A DNA stretch of 63,659 nucleotides, filler included, from Folioceros fuciformis (GCA_049999805.1; 6 parts of 6 records of this genome joined end to end with filler, not necessarily neighbours in it), one strand, 5' to 3'; numbered from the whole stretch's first letter, positions 11,065-23,850 are shown. Program-made: numbers and translations. The notes: generated by a model not told the origin, from the sequence alone.

Positions 11065-14000
11065 CATGGTACTTAGGGCTATAGGCAAGCGACATAGTTC
11101 CCTGGTTGTCACGGTAGAGGGGTACTTAGGGCTATAGGTAAGCGACATAGTTCCCTGGTTGTTAGGGCAGAGGGGTCTTGAAAGATGTTGAGCTTCTCCT
11201 AATTCCGATAGTTGTAGGAGTTGCCATAGTCCTTGTTTGCAAGTGTGTGTCAGGGAGCAATATTTTGCTTCTGTGGAGGTTAGAGCAATCACCTGTTGCC
11301 GCTTGCTGCTCCAACTCGTGGCTATGCCTCCGAGCAAATACACATAGCTACTTGTGCTCTTTCTAACGTCCTTGTCCCCTACCCAATCAATGTCACTATA
11401 TCCTTGAAGCTGAAGGTGCTCATCTTCCTTAGTATAGGAGTCCCGTATCCAAAGTAGATCTAAGATATCTAAATATGCGCTTAATAACCTTCCAATGTTC
11501 TTGTGTGGGAGATGATAAAAACTGAGAGAGTGCTCTCACTGGAAAAGCAAGGTCTGGTCTAGTGCAGATCATTAAGTACATAAGGCTTCCAACTGCTGAA
11601 GGGTAGGGTACCCCATTTGTGTCAGGATCTGGAGTTGAGTCTTGATCTACCTTAATTAGCTTAAGGTTGACTTCCATTGGTGTGGATATAGACTTAGAGT
11701 CTTGCATCTTGTACTTAGTTCAAACTTCTTGAATATGTTTGGATTGATGTATAAATATACTTCCGGGCTCTCTATGTCTAACTATTTGAATGCCTAAACA
11801 AGAAGATAAATCCCTGCAAGTGGTCATAGCAAAACGCTTCGAAAGCATTGACCTAGTCTCTTCTAGCATGGGTTTGGAGTTGGACATTAGAACAATATCG
11901 TCCACATATACAACAAGTAGAATAAAACAACCATATGATTTTCTAATATAGATGTTGCTATCGAAGTCTAGTTTGGTAAACCCTAAGGCCTCAAAGGCTT
12001 CATCTAACTTAGAGTACCACTCCATAGCGCTTTGTTTGAGTCCATAAAGTGCTTTCAATAATTTGCATGCATTGTATAGTCGTCTGTTGACCTTAATGCC
12101 CTCGGGTATCTCCATATATATAGTGTGTTGTAGGTCACCGTATAAGAAGGCAATTTTTATATCCAGTTGCATGAGCTCATAATCATGGTGAGAGGCTACT
12201 GCTATAAGGGTCCTAAGTGATGTAATCTTGAGTATCTGGCTGAACGTTTCATTATAGTCAAACCCATGTTGTTGAGAATAGCCCTTAGCTACTAACATTG
12301 CCTTATACCTCTCTATGCTGCCGTCAGCGTTTAGCTTGATCTTAAATGTCCATTTCGGGCCCACTAATTTTCTGTGTGGAGGTAAAGTGGTGTTAGTCCA
12401 AGTTTTGTTCGCCCTAAGTGAGTCCAATTCTGATTTAATAGCAATTTTCCAATTTTTGCTTTCGGAACATGTAATAGCCTCATGATAAGTTGCAGGTACA
12501 AATTGATCAATAGCTGCAGATAAGCAATGAGCTAAATTCGTTTTAGGGTCCCTCCAATTGGATGGAGAATACCTCCGTATGGTACCTGCACTCGTACATT
12601 GTGATCGTCTGCCGGGCCTCATATCCGCGTGTGTTATCCTCGTCTTGTGAGTTGTCTGGCCTGAGATGAGCGTTGTTTCCTGAGCCTAAAACATCTCTGC
12701 ATTGAGAGCGGGAAGATGCGTCCATCTTCACGCTCTGGTGCTGAGGATGGAGGTTTTCGTCCTCCGGGCTTCCAATGCCAAAGGGGTCATCCTCCGCACC
12801 GCTATCTCCTGCAGATTGTAGGTGATGGCCAAGGCTAGAGGCCGCACGCTGCGATGCAGTTGAGGAGGCGAGCTCCTCCTCTTCGAAATTGCCGAAGGTG
12901 AAAGAGTCTGCAGGTACGGGTTGGTGATGGAGATTTGGAACTGGTTGGGCAGGCTGTTGTGCTGCAGGTTGGATAGGTTTTGCCTGATTTGGTTGTGGTG
13001 TGGGTTGTGCAGGAGGAGCTGTTCCCATGGAAATATCGTCGTCCCTGTCTACATGATCTGTAGGGAGGTTGGATGCTCCCACTGCAAATGAGCCCTGCAT
13101 ATCTTCTAAAAAAGTGACAACTCGTGAATGGGTCACTTTGTGAGTCTGTGGGTGCATGATTTTGAAGCCCTTGACGCCGTTGGTGAAGTCGAGAAAGATG
13201 TGTTTACTTGCACGATCCTCGAACTTGGTTCTTGTGGCTTTAGGTACATATGCATACACGGGAGAGCCAAACACTCTGAGGTTGGATAGATCAGGCTTGT
13301 GTCCCGTCCATGCTTCGTAAGAAGTTTGTTGTGGCAAAGTAGCTGTTACAAATCTGTTGATGAGGTAAACTGCATGGGCCATTGCTTCTGGCCAATATGT
13401 CTTGGGCAGGTTGGCATGGATCAGCATGGTCAGTCCATAATCTTGGACTATTCTGTTCATACGTTCTGACACCCCGTTCTGCTGAGAGGTGTGAGGTGTG
13501 GTCACCTGTCTATTGATGCCGTATGTCTTGCAGAATTGCAAGAAGGCATTGGATCCATATTCTCCTCTTCCATCTGAACGGAGTCTTAGGAGTTTCTCTC
13601 TTGTCTGTGTTTCAGCCCAAACTGTGTATTCTTAGAAGCAGGTGAGGGCTTGAGATTTGTGCTTTAGCATATACAGGATGGTGAACCTGCTCATGTCGTC
13701 TATGACCAACATGAAATATAAGTATTCGTGAATGGATCTCTTGAAGGGTCCACAAATGTCTGAGTGTGCTAACTCTAGTTGTCTTATGGATCTGCTGGTG
13801 GATTTAGGGAAAGAAGTACGGTGGCTCTTCCCAAGCGAGCATGCCTCACAGATGCCGAACTCCTCCACATTTGTGAGTGTAATGCCTTTAGCTGCGCCTG
13901 CTATAACCATTTGTTTTATCCTTTGTATCCCCATATGGCCAAGTCTTGCATGCCATAAATATGATTTGTTGTGCTTGGCTGCGGCAGATAATGAAAGAAG

Positions 14001-15353
14001 GGGTTATGACTTCTGTCCATGTTGAGATGATACAGGTCATCGTTCTTGACGTCTCCAGTGGCGATTAGCTCTCCTTGAGGTGTCTCCACAATGCAATGGC
14101 CTTGTCCAAAACACACATAGTAGCTAGATTCATCAATTTTACGGACTGAAAATAGGTTTTTGGTTAGTCCTGGGTCGAGTAGGACGTCTGAAATTTGGAG
14201 TGTGCTTCCTGGCTTTAGGTTTAAGTCTATTGATCCGTGTCCTTCTATGGTGTGCCTTGTGTCGTCACCCAGGCTAACGAAATGAGGAGGCTTAGAGGGT
14301 GTGAAGTCTTTGAAGTATTCTCGATGTGGGGTCATATGCTGTGATGCCCCTGAGTCTATGTACCAGGAGTGCTGGCCTTGAGCAGTTAGGCATGAGGCAA
14401 CCAAGGCTGATGGTGATGAGTCTAACCTGGTGTTTTGTAGGCATAGGAATGCCTTTGAATGTCTTTTCATGGTTAAAGCTAACTGGCCTGATGCTTCTCC
14501 TCTATTTCTTCTTTGATTGTTGTCTGCCATGCGTTTCCGGCACTCCTCATAAGTGTGGCCCGGAATCTTGCGGTAGCCACATATTTTTCTTCAACTTGGG
14601 TTGAAGCTACCACGTCCTTTAGAATAAGAACCTATGCCTCTGTGTTGCTGTTGGCCTCTATAGTTGGGCTGGCCACGACCTCGAGCTCTACCTCTACCTG
14701 TGAAGTAGGCTGCACTTGATGATTTCTCCGCCGAAGGAGGTAGCGAATACTTTTCTCCTTGCTTCTTCTGTCAATATTGCACTGATCACTTTGTTAATCG
14801 TGAGTGGGGCTACACCTTGTAGGGACTGGACTACGGAGGTCCATGATTCAGGTAGAGTGGAGAGCAGTATTGCTGCCATTAAATCTTCAGAGATGGTGAA
14901 GCCGCATGATTGGAACTTGGCATTCCAGCTCCTAAATAGCATGGTATGTGCGTCCACTTGGTCAGTTTCTGATATTCTTAGAGAGAAAACTTTTTTGATA
15001 GTGTGCACTGTGTGCATGATGTCTGTTGCAGCGTATACGTCGCGGAGCTGTTGCCATGCCTTCGCGGCTGAATCTGTCCCTTCCAATTGCTGTACGTTTC
15101 TTGATTTCATGCCTTGTATGATGACGTTCCTGGCTTGCTGGTTTTTGTCATCCCATGCTTCCTTTTGAGCATTTGTGGTGTTGGGACCTGAGGGGCGTGT
15201 TGTGATCACAGGTGGTGACCCGACTCCTCCTACGAACTCCCAGAACTTCCTCTCTTTGAGGATATTTGTGATTCTGAACTTCCATATGGGGCAGCTATGT
15301 TGTTGCCCATCAAATCTATCCTCTTTAGACAGTGAGATATTGGAGGCTGCCAT
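11060..15353 (-). mobile_element. Decayed Ty1/copia LTR retrotransposon internal region (gag-PR-INT-RT-RNase H)
   Basis: Gag (14694-15353), protease WYIDSGASQHMT, integrase CEAC/HSDICGP/QQNGVSERMNR, RT YKAMLVAKGYSQ...LYGLKQS...VYVDD and RNase H SWSSKRQ...STEAKY. Integrase precedes RT, the copia order. Several stops and frameshifts are present. Confidence 0.95.
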
Positions 15354-15897
15354 TTTGTGTTGCTTATTTCTGTTGTGTGTGTGTGTGAGTAGATGCTAAC
15401 GTGCGTGGCTATTTGCTGTTAGCTTATGTCTCGAAGACAGATTCCTTAGGAGGCAAGTAGTGTCCAAGTGCATGGTGAGTAGAACTCTCACTGTTTTGGG
15501 TTCGTTGGTGTTTCTGGGATTTTGCAGTTGGTTAATTTTGTGGATTACTGACATCTCTAATCCTTTGATTTCAAGTTGTGGAGGATTCCTGAAGAAATTG
15601 TTCTTTCTAGATAGGGTGTCTAGATGAATGTGAATCCTTTGTTTGATGTAGTCGACTCTGCAAGGGATGACCACATCGAAGGATGTGGTGTATTCATTGA
15701 TCATTGTTGATGAATAGGAAGGAAACCTGAATGTAGGAGAGCTTATTCTGTAAGGTCTGAAAATCCCCTTAATAGCAGCTCTTCCCCTAAGAGGAGAAGA
15801 ACACCATAGACTTTGGACCATGCATAGACTAGCAGGTCCTCGTGGGCTTGCTTTAGAAAAGCCTGTTTTCTGTGGAATCTTTGAAATTCCAGATTTT

Positions 15898-15997
15898 NNN
15901 NNNNNNNNNNNNNNNNNNNNNNNNNNNNNNNNNNNNNNNNNTTAATTAATTAANNNNNNNNNNNNNNNNNNNNNNNNNNNNNNNNNNNNNNNNNNNN
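15898..15997. other. Artificial contig linker
   Basis: N44-TTAATTAATTAA-N44. Confidence 0.97.
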
Positions 15998-15999
15998 CG

Positions 16000-17874
16000 T
16001 TGATGGAGAATGTGTGCGACTCGCGCTGGACATATTCCATCTTCTGGCAGCTGACGGGGACGGGCATAGCGCCCGGGCAGCGGACGTTGGGCTGGGGGGA
16101 CGGGGAATTGCGGCGGAAGGAGTCCGACATGCACACGGAGCGGACGGTGGACAGCGAGCAGCAGGCGGCCAGGATCCGGGTTCTGCAGGAGCTGGAGGCG
16201 CTTGTGAGCCGCGAGTCGCGGGATACCAGCCAGGATCTGTCGCAGGATTTTGTGTCGGATACGGAGTGGTTCTTTCTGTTCAGCATGTTGCAGACTATTC
16301 CGGAGGGGAGCTGCGTGCCCGGGAGGGCTCTCATGAAGGGCGGGTTTGAGTGGCTCAACGAGCCGGCCAACCCGGAGCTGTGTGAGAGGGCAACGTTTGC
16401 GGGAGGGGCGGGCTTGCAGACCATTGTGGCTCTGCCCGTGTCGCAAGGGGTTGTGGAGCTTGGTTCTACCGAGCGTATCTTGCCGGATGTGGGCTTTATT
16501 GATCGAGTAGAGCATCTGTTCGAGGGGGGGGATTCTCGCTCGGCCTGGCCGGTCGGGGACTACCACTTGCCGCTGGCTCATGAGGAGGTGGAGACGCTCT
16601 CGTATTTCAACTCGGACTACTTTTGGAACGGGAATGGCTTGCCTCCGGCCATGGATCACCCTAAGGACCACGACTACAACCAGCAGCTGCAGCACCAGCA
16701 TCAGCAGGTCAGGCAGTTTCCGGCTCAGCAACAGGCTCCTGCTGACGACTTTCTTGTGGAGAATCTTGCCTTTCTGAATTCCATGGGCGTGGACATCCCC
16801 ACCTTCCACCACAACGCCTTCGCCATGCCGGAGCAGAAGGGATACGGTGTGCCGCAGCCTAGGATACATGTTGAGATACAGGCTCACACTCAGATCCCGC
16901 TGGGGGCTGGTGAGATTTTGAACCCGACAGCGGCTGTGGTTGCCCGCGCACAGCCGCCGCTGTCGCTCAAGCCTGAGGTTGCACCTGTGCAGAATGGGCT
17001 GCACATGTTGCGGGAAAAGCCTCAGCTTGTGAAGCAGCAGCAATATTCTGATGGTCTGGTGCTCCCCTCTGCCACCAACATGGGATCCAGCATTGAGCCG
17101 GAGCAAGAAATGGACTCTGAGGCTGAGGTTTCCTTCAAGGAGTCTGAGGAGAGCAGCCTCAACAATGGTCAGAAGCCACCACGCAAGCGAGGACGAAAAC
17201 CGGCTAACAACAGGGAGGAGCCTTTGAACCATGTGCAAGCTGAGAGGCAGCGTCGTGAGAAGCTGAATCAGCGCTTCTACGCTCTCAGGTCTGTGGTGCC
17301 CAATGTTTCCAAGATGGACAAGGCGTCTTTGCTAGGTGATGCGATTGCGTACATCAAGGACTTGCAAACCAAATTGCAAGAGTCGGAGGTCAAGATCAAG
17401 ACTTTGCAGTCACAGGCACCGCCGCAGATGGACAAGGCAGCCATGGAGGCAGCCTCCAAGGGTGATCAGGAGGCTGGGAATTCTGGAGGAGGGCCCGGTG
17501 GAAGGCTGATGTGCGTGAGCAATCGGGTTCCACCAGATCAGAAGCCGTCCATTCAGGTTGACATATGTGGTCTGGAGGTGTTTATCAGAGTTCGGTATAA
17601 ACGAGAAGCGTATCCCATCACACAACTGCTGTCAAGCTTGCAAGACTTGCAGTTGGACGTGAGGGATGCAAATATTTCCACTGTGGACGGCTCCATGGTT
17701 CATCACGTTGTGTCAGCCAAGTTGAAAAAGGAGCATGAAGAGATCAAGAAAGAAATGTTTCTGGAGGCTCTGGACAGAGCATTTCAGTTTACTCCTTTGC
17801 CTACAAAGCCAGAAAATGGGAGCATTGGCAACAGCAAGCAACCTAGTACAAGATTTGCAGAACCTCAGAGGTAG
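16000..17874 (+). CDS. MYC-type bHLH transcription factor (subgroup IIId/e, MYC2-like), intronless, probably 5'-truncated at the contig edge
   Basis: bHLH-MYC_N motifs [22 protein letters not shown] and GVVELGS; b[60 protein letters not shown]-like C-terminus. Confidence 0.93.
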   Translation: MMENVCDSRWTYSIFWQLTGTGIAPGQRTLGWGDGELRRKESDMHTERTVDSEQQAARIRVLQELEALVSRESRDTSQDLSQDFVSDTEWFFLFSMLQTIPEGSCVPGRALMKGGFEWLNEPANPELCERATFAGGAGLQTIVALPVSQGVVELGSTERILPDVGFIDRVEHLFEGGDSRSAWPVGDYHLPLAHEEVETLSYFNSDYFWNGNGLPPAMDHPKDHDYNQQLQHQHQQVRQFPAQQQAPADDFLVENLAFLNSMGVDIPTFHHNAFAMPEQKGYGVPQPRIHVEIQAHTQIPLGAGEILNPTAAVVARAQPPLSLKPEVAPVQNGLHMLREKPQLVKQQQYSDGLVLPSATNMGSSIEPEQEMDSEAEVSFKESEESSLNNGQKPPRKRGRKPANNREEPLNHVQAERQRREKLNQRFYALRSVVPNVSKMDKASLLGDAIAYIKDLQTKLQESEVKIKTLQSQAPPQMDKAAMEAASKGDQEAGNSGGGPGGRLMCVSNRVPPDQKPSIQVDICGLEVFIRVRYKREAYPITQLLSSLQDLQLDVRDANISTVDGSMVHHVVSAKLKKEHEEIKKEMFLEALDRAFQFTPLPTKPENGSIGNSKQPSTRFAEPQR

Positions 17875-18729
17875 ATCTTCTGACAGCGAACGTTAAATGG
17901 TGTCCTCCCGCTTGTACACGTAGTGCCTTGTATGGTCAGGTTGGGTGCCGAAGTTAGCTGTCGGTAGAAAGATGGAGTTGACCCTGTCTCTTGTATGCTG
18001 CAGGAGGACTGTACACTAAGCATACTCTGTAAGATGGGTGGGGTAGCCTCCGTTTAGGGGTGCCTGCAGAGGGTGAGGTGAAGGGCGTGTGCTTCTCACG
18101 CTTGTATCCCTCTTACACCTACTGGGATGCAATTTATTCAGGGTACGTGGTAGGTAGCAGGCCTGTCAACTTGTAAATCATCTTGTTGCTCCTCTTTGTT
18201 TGAGAGGAGGAAAGTTTGTCAGCCTTCGAATTAAATTGTACTTTGCCTCTCTTGTACGTGTGCAACAGATTCATCAACTAGGGGAAACCACCTATAAGCG
18301 GGGGCACATGTGCCAATTCATGTACAAAGGGGCTAAGCTGGGGGATATGCATCAGTTGGTGGTTTGTGGGCATTTCTCTACTTATTCAAGGCTTTATGTA
18401 AGACAAGCTTTTGGCACATCTAGACAATTATATGGAGGATAGACTGTTGTACTCAGGGTCGGAGCGTGATCCAGGCCTGTATAACAGAAAGCGCTGCTAC
18501 TTCTTGGAAAGTGACCATGTAACGTAACACAAATCTGAATATCGGCTGGTTAGTTGAGACGGAGCAATTTTCAGGTGGGGGTGGCAGGATGGTGGATGAA
18601 GCCGATGGGTGGTTTGGCGTCGTGGGACAAGGTTCTGTTCCTGTGCCATGAAATGCCACCCACAAGTTTCAGTCTAGGATCAGACCCACGTGGATCTTAA
18701 CGATGATGGAAGGAAAAACTTGAATCCAT

Positions 18730-21488
18730 TTATTCCCGATTGTCACCCTGAGTCTCGTGAGTCACAAAAGGGTTTCCCATCCTTGCTCCCGTTGTCAATT
18801 GGAATGGCGGACTTTGCAACGCGAGTTGAGGTGGAGATTCGGTCGTATATTGCCATGCCGGCTCGCTCACTTGCAGCCGCTCCGACAAGACCCTTGTCAC
18901 GACCGTCATGGTCGGGCGCGCATGACGGAGAGTGTCCACGCAAGCCGCGGCCAGGCGCAGCAACAGGTGCAGGTCGGGCGCATAGAAAACGCCCTCCAAC
19001 CGAGGGTCGACGACCGAGTCCGCCACCGCCCGCCTCTCTAACCAGGGCGCCGCCCAGGTGGTGAGCAGGCAGCCGTCCCGAAGCGCCGGTCTCCCGCTCA
19101 CCAGCTCCAGCAGCAGCACTCCAAAGCTGTAGACGTCGCTCTTGGCGGAGCACAACCCCGTCTGCTCGTAAGCCGGGTCGATGTACCCGGGGGATCCCCG
19201 CACTAGCGTCACCTGCCCGGACTCCGACGTGTTGTCGCCACCCGACGTGGCCATGGACGAGGCCTTGGACGTGGCCTTGGACAACCCGAAGTCCGCCAGC
19301 TTCGCCACGCCGCACTTGGACAGCAGCACGTTCGCCGACTTCACGTCCCGATGCAACACCTGCGGGTTGCACCCGTGGTGCAAGTACTCCAGCGCGCTCG
19401 ACACCTGCAGCGCCACCTTCATCCGGCACCTCCACGGTAGCACGTTATCCGGCGTGTTGTTATGCAGCCGGTCGAACAGGCTCCCTCCCTCCAGGAACTC
19501 GAAAACAAGGGGCCACGGCACTGGAGTTTGGCAATCCAATGTACTGCAGTCAGTCGTCAAAGACGTTGGCATGGGAGGGAGGAGGTACACAAGGTTCAAG
19601 CGGCGTTTCTACCATCGCTCCCACCTATTCCTTACTTACCGGCTTCGGTGCAGTAGCCGATGAGATTGACGAGGTAGCGGTGATGGATCCGCATGAGAAT
19701 GGTAGCTTCCTTGACGGACACGTCCGCCTCGGCCTTGGCCTTTGGCTTGTTGGGGTCCACCCGACTCACCTTCACGGCCCCCAAGCTCCCGTCTGGGAAG
19801 GTCGCCCTGTAGACGACGCCGTAGCCCCCGGCTCCCACCCTGGTCCTGAAGCCGGCAGTGGCCGTGTCCAGCTCCTTCCATGTGAAGGGGCGCATTTTGG
19901 ACACGCAGTCGGTTCCCGCGTCCGAGAGCGGGGGTTTGGGTTTGGATGCGATGCTTCGGCAGAACCACATGGCACACCACGCCACGCCCAGCAGCAGCGC
20001 GCTGAGAGAGACCGGGATTATCACAGACAGCAGCAGGCTGTGGCGGGTGGCGGGGGGACCGGGACCAGTAGCAGTCGTAGTCGTACTAGGGTCCGGGCCG
20101 TAGGACACGACGGCGTTGAGGGTGACGTCGTCGATGGCGGGCCCGCACTGTGAGTCTGTGTCACCCTTGGAGAAGGCGATGACAACGGGGTTGTCCAGCG
20201 TCGTGAGGTAGAGCTGGCAAGATGTCCAGTGCATGGTGGTGGGGGTGTTGTTTCCGGCGTCGTAGGTGAAATCGGTGTCGCCTTGCGGCACGGCGTTGTA
20301 GAGCTGCACGCTGAGGTGGCGCAGGTTGGAGTTGGGGCAGAGGTACTGGGGGGGCGGGTGGCCGGACAGCTTGAATGAGAGGGAGAAGTTGGAGCTAGGC
20401 GGCAGGGTCAGGGTCTGCGCGATGACCGCCGACTCGTAGCCGAACCAGCCGCAGCTGAGGTGGATGGAGGTGTCTCCACTGGACGCGGTCCATTTCAACT
20501 GCTGCACGTACTCGATGCACATTTTCTGCAGCGGATCTCCTTCCTGGTCCGAGATGGACGAGTTTACGTGCAACACCATCTCCGCGTCCCGCACCACCTG
20601 CCATGAGCCGATGGGGAAGAGCGTGAGGCGGTCCGCGATGGTGAAAGATCCCTCGCCACTTTCCAGCCGCACCGTGGCATGCTCGAAGCTCCCGTCCCGG
20701 ATGATGTTGATAGTAGGGTCGGGATCACTCGCAACCGGCACTGCCACTGCGTCGAGCACCTGCAATCGCTGCACACGCACACAACGCTGTGAATTCTCAC
20801 GAATTCCGCTTCCATGCAACGCCTCGTGATCGGGACGACCGGCGCTCAGTACCTGCTGCGTGGAGGAATAGGCGGCGTAGCTGTAGGAGTCGACAGGCAA
20901 GACAATGAAGTAGGAGGTGAGCGAGCCCCTGGGTTGCAGAAACAGGTGGTACTTCCCTCTCGCAGCAGTGCTGTTTCCCGCGATGAACAGCGGCTGAGGC
21001 CAAGGGATCATGCTCTGCACCGTTCCATCATCCAGCAAGTGCCACTGCTGCGCCTGCAACACCGGGTTGCACGCCCGGAGCTCGAGCCGGAAAGGAAACG
21101 GATCGTCCTTGCCATAGGGGAGACGCACCCCGGTGATGCACACGGCGGGGCCGCTGCTGTTGGCGTGATCCTGCATCATGATGGCCCCGGTCTGGCTCGC
21201 CATCGAATTCCCGAATCCGGACAAGAAGGTCCACACTTCGTTGGACTCGAACGCCCAGCAGGGGTAGATCCCGACCTGGAGCTTCTGGTAGGTAGTGAGG
21301 TTCGCTTGATGCGGCCCCGTGAATGCGTTGAGGCAGAGGCGGCAGATGGGGAGCCCGGGAGACTGCTCCGGCTTCCCTACAATGATCCATGACCGCTGCA
21401 GCCCGTCCAAGGCCACGCTCACCCCGCTCCCCCCTCTCCCAACACAAATCAGGAGCAGTAGCAGCAGAGCCGCGGCCCAGCTCCGCAT
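18730..21488 (-). CDS. Receptor-like Ser/Thr kinase (RD type): signal peptide + ricin-B-like lectin + DUF642/choice-of-anchor-C-like domain + TM + kinase; one intron at 19521-19639
   Basis: Signal MRSWAAALLLLLLICVG; TM LLLSVIIPVSLSALLLGVAWCAMWFC; kinase GAGGYGVVY, AVK, HRDVKSANVLL, DFG, GSPGYIDPAY and SDVYSFG. A GTAAGT...CCAG intron joins YCTEA to VPWPLVFEF in frame. Confidence 0.88.
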
Positions 21489-21490
21489 CC

Positions 21491-21673
21491 CTACGCCGGT
21501 TCGCGTAATGCGGTCCCGCGAAGGCGTTGAGGCAGAGGCTGCAGATAGGGAGCCCGTCCGTCTCCTCCGCCTTCCCCTGGACGATCCCGGTGCTGCCCGT
21601 CCGAGGGCGCGCCGGGCTCACCCCGTTCCCAGCGCACAGCAAGAACAGCAGCGCCGCGGCCCAGCTCGCCATC
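21491..21673 (-). pseudogene. Partial tandem duplicate of the RLK N-terminus
   Basis: MASWAAALLFLLCAG...GKAEETDGLPICSLCLNAFAGPHYAN matches MRSWAAALLLLLLICVG...GKPEQSPGLPICRLCLNAFTGPHQAN, and is out of frame with the full gene. Confidence 0.8.
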
Positions 21674-22804
21674 GTGCCCAATCCTACGCCTAGCAGCGCG
21701 GCCCACAGGCGGAGGCGGGATCGTCCAGGCCGTCGTCTGTCTCGGTCCCAGAGCCCGGCCGGCAGGAGCGATATACTCGAGGCTCCTTTGTTGCTGTGTG
21801 GCCAGCGTCGATACAAGCTCATGGTGCCCGGCACAACATGTGTAATTCCACTGCACGAGGCTGGTATGCTGGTAGACAGAAACAGCAATGCTTCATGACC
21901 AGCATTCACAAGGCGGGTACTGTCATTCGGTCGGGTTTGGGCAGAGGAATACAAGGCTGGTCCTTCTTCTCCTTCTTCCGCTCCAATTCCTCCCTCCACA
22001 CATGCGGTTGCCATAGACACCACCGTTCAGGAACCTGCGCTGGCGTACTGCAGTGTAGTGGCTTTGCTTTAGGGTTGGGCAGAACTTTGGTCCTCGGAAG
22101 GTAGGTGACACTCTCGTCTTCATCTAGAAGATCAACGTCGTTGATCAACAAAACTGGCTTGATCCTCCACCGCTTTGCAAGAGTCGGGGCTTCCGTTTCT
22201 GCACCTGGGCCAGAAACTCCAGATCCATCCCCCAGCCCAATCAGGACGGCTCACAGGCCAAGCACATCCTAAAATGCTCACCTCCCGAATGCTACGTCAG
22301 TGTTCGCCCCGCACTTTCTCACTCATGCCAACCATGGTTCTGCAGCTAGAAGTCTGGAAACCATCGCTTTTGTAATGCCGGCGGCTGGGCTGGGAGTGAT
22401 CTACCTCATGATCTGATTTCTGTATTTCTATTTGCGTAGTTATATATTTTGTTTCGAATTACATTACCTTCCATCGCACACTCAACATGAATAAAATTAA
22501 TTTATTAATTGAATGATATAATATTATTTATTTATTATATGGAATACAAATACGAATGTACGGTGGACGGTTATGCTTTTTTTTCTCCTCAATTGTATAT
22601 TGTACACGAATATTCTAGGATATCTCTTACATACATACTAGTTTTAAGGTTCATGTCACATTATGAAATGTCCTAGGTACGGACTTTTTTTTTTTCTTTT
22701 GTCTTTGCTACCGTGTGGACCTATTAGGAACCATAAACTTTCTTTCTTCTTGGTACACAAGATTGGTGATGTTATTTTTCTTCCCTCCTCCCACATCATG
22801 TAGG

Positions 22805-23780
22805 CAATCGTCGGACCTCGGTCTACACTTGCATATTGTCCCACCGGTCGGACCTCGATCTGCACTTGCACATTGTCCCACCGGTCGGACCTCGATACAC
22901 TTGCATATTATCCCACCAGATTGCGTTGACTTTGCAAATTGTCTTGCAAGGTGGATCTTGGGGATTGTTCTTACATAGTGAGTTGTTGCAAATTGCCTTG
23001 CAAAGTGGGTAGAACTGGGGGATTGTACTTGCACAGTAAGTTGTTGCATATTGGCTTGCAAAGCGAGTAGAACTTGGGGATTGTCCTTGCACAATAAGCT
23101 ATTGCAGATTGCCTTGCAAAGTGGGTAGAACTTGGGGATTGTCCTTGCACAGTGAGCTGTTGTAGATTGGCTTGCAAAGTGGGTAGAACTTGGGGATTGT
23201 CCTTACACAGTGAGCTGTTGAAAATTGGCTTACAAAGCGGGTAGAACTTGGGGATTGTCCTTACATAGTGAGTTGAAGATGGTTTATCGTACACTATGTT
23301 ATAGATGGTCCACGCACACTGCATGGCATAATGTCCCTATAAATTGCCCTACAACTGGCCCCATAGATTGCCATGCAGATTGCCAATTGTTGTGGGTGTG
23401 TTGCATTGGAGATTGTAAGACCCTAAAGCCTTGCAAACCAAGTGGAACTTGCATATTGCCCTTACAAACTACGTTGGCCTTGTAGATTGACCTTGCAAAC
23501 CATGTAGAACTTGTAGATTGTCCCAATAGACTGCGCTACACTAGCGTAGCAGATTGTCCTTGTAGATTGTGGTGACCTTGCAGATTGTCCTTGCACAGTG
23601 GGTTGCAAATTGTCCTTGCACAGTACCTTGCAAATGGTCCTTACATAGTGGGTTGCAAAGATTGTCCCAACACACTGAGTTGCAAATAGCCCGTACAAAG
23701 TGCATTGTAGATGGTCCATGCGCATTGCGTTGCACAGTGCCCTTCAGAATTGCCATGTAGCTTGCCCCCATATTGCCTTG
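22805..23780 (+). repeat. Compound degenerate minisatellite: ~37-nt units, then ~58-nt units (TTGCAAAGTGGGTAGAACTTGGGGATTGTCCTTGCACAGTGAGCTG...), then decayed variants
   Basis: Recurrent ttgcaaag/attgtccttgcaca motifs read directly. Confidence 0.8.
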
Positions 23781-23850
23781 TACATTGCAAATTGTTGTGG
23801 GTGTCACTCTTTCACACACCCTACGGTGAGCATCTAGAGGGAAGGATTGG

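Noticed and set aside
15946-17238. 430-aa antisense ORF over the MYC gene (similarly 40713-41579 and 41942-43015)
   Set aside because: These are shadow ORFs of GC-rich coding sequence on the opposite strand, with no recognisable domains.
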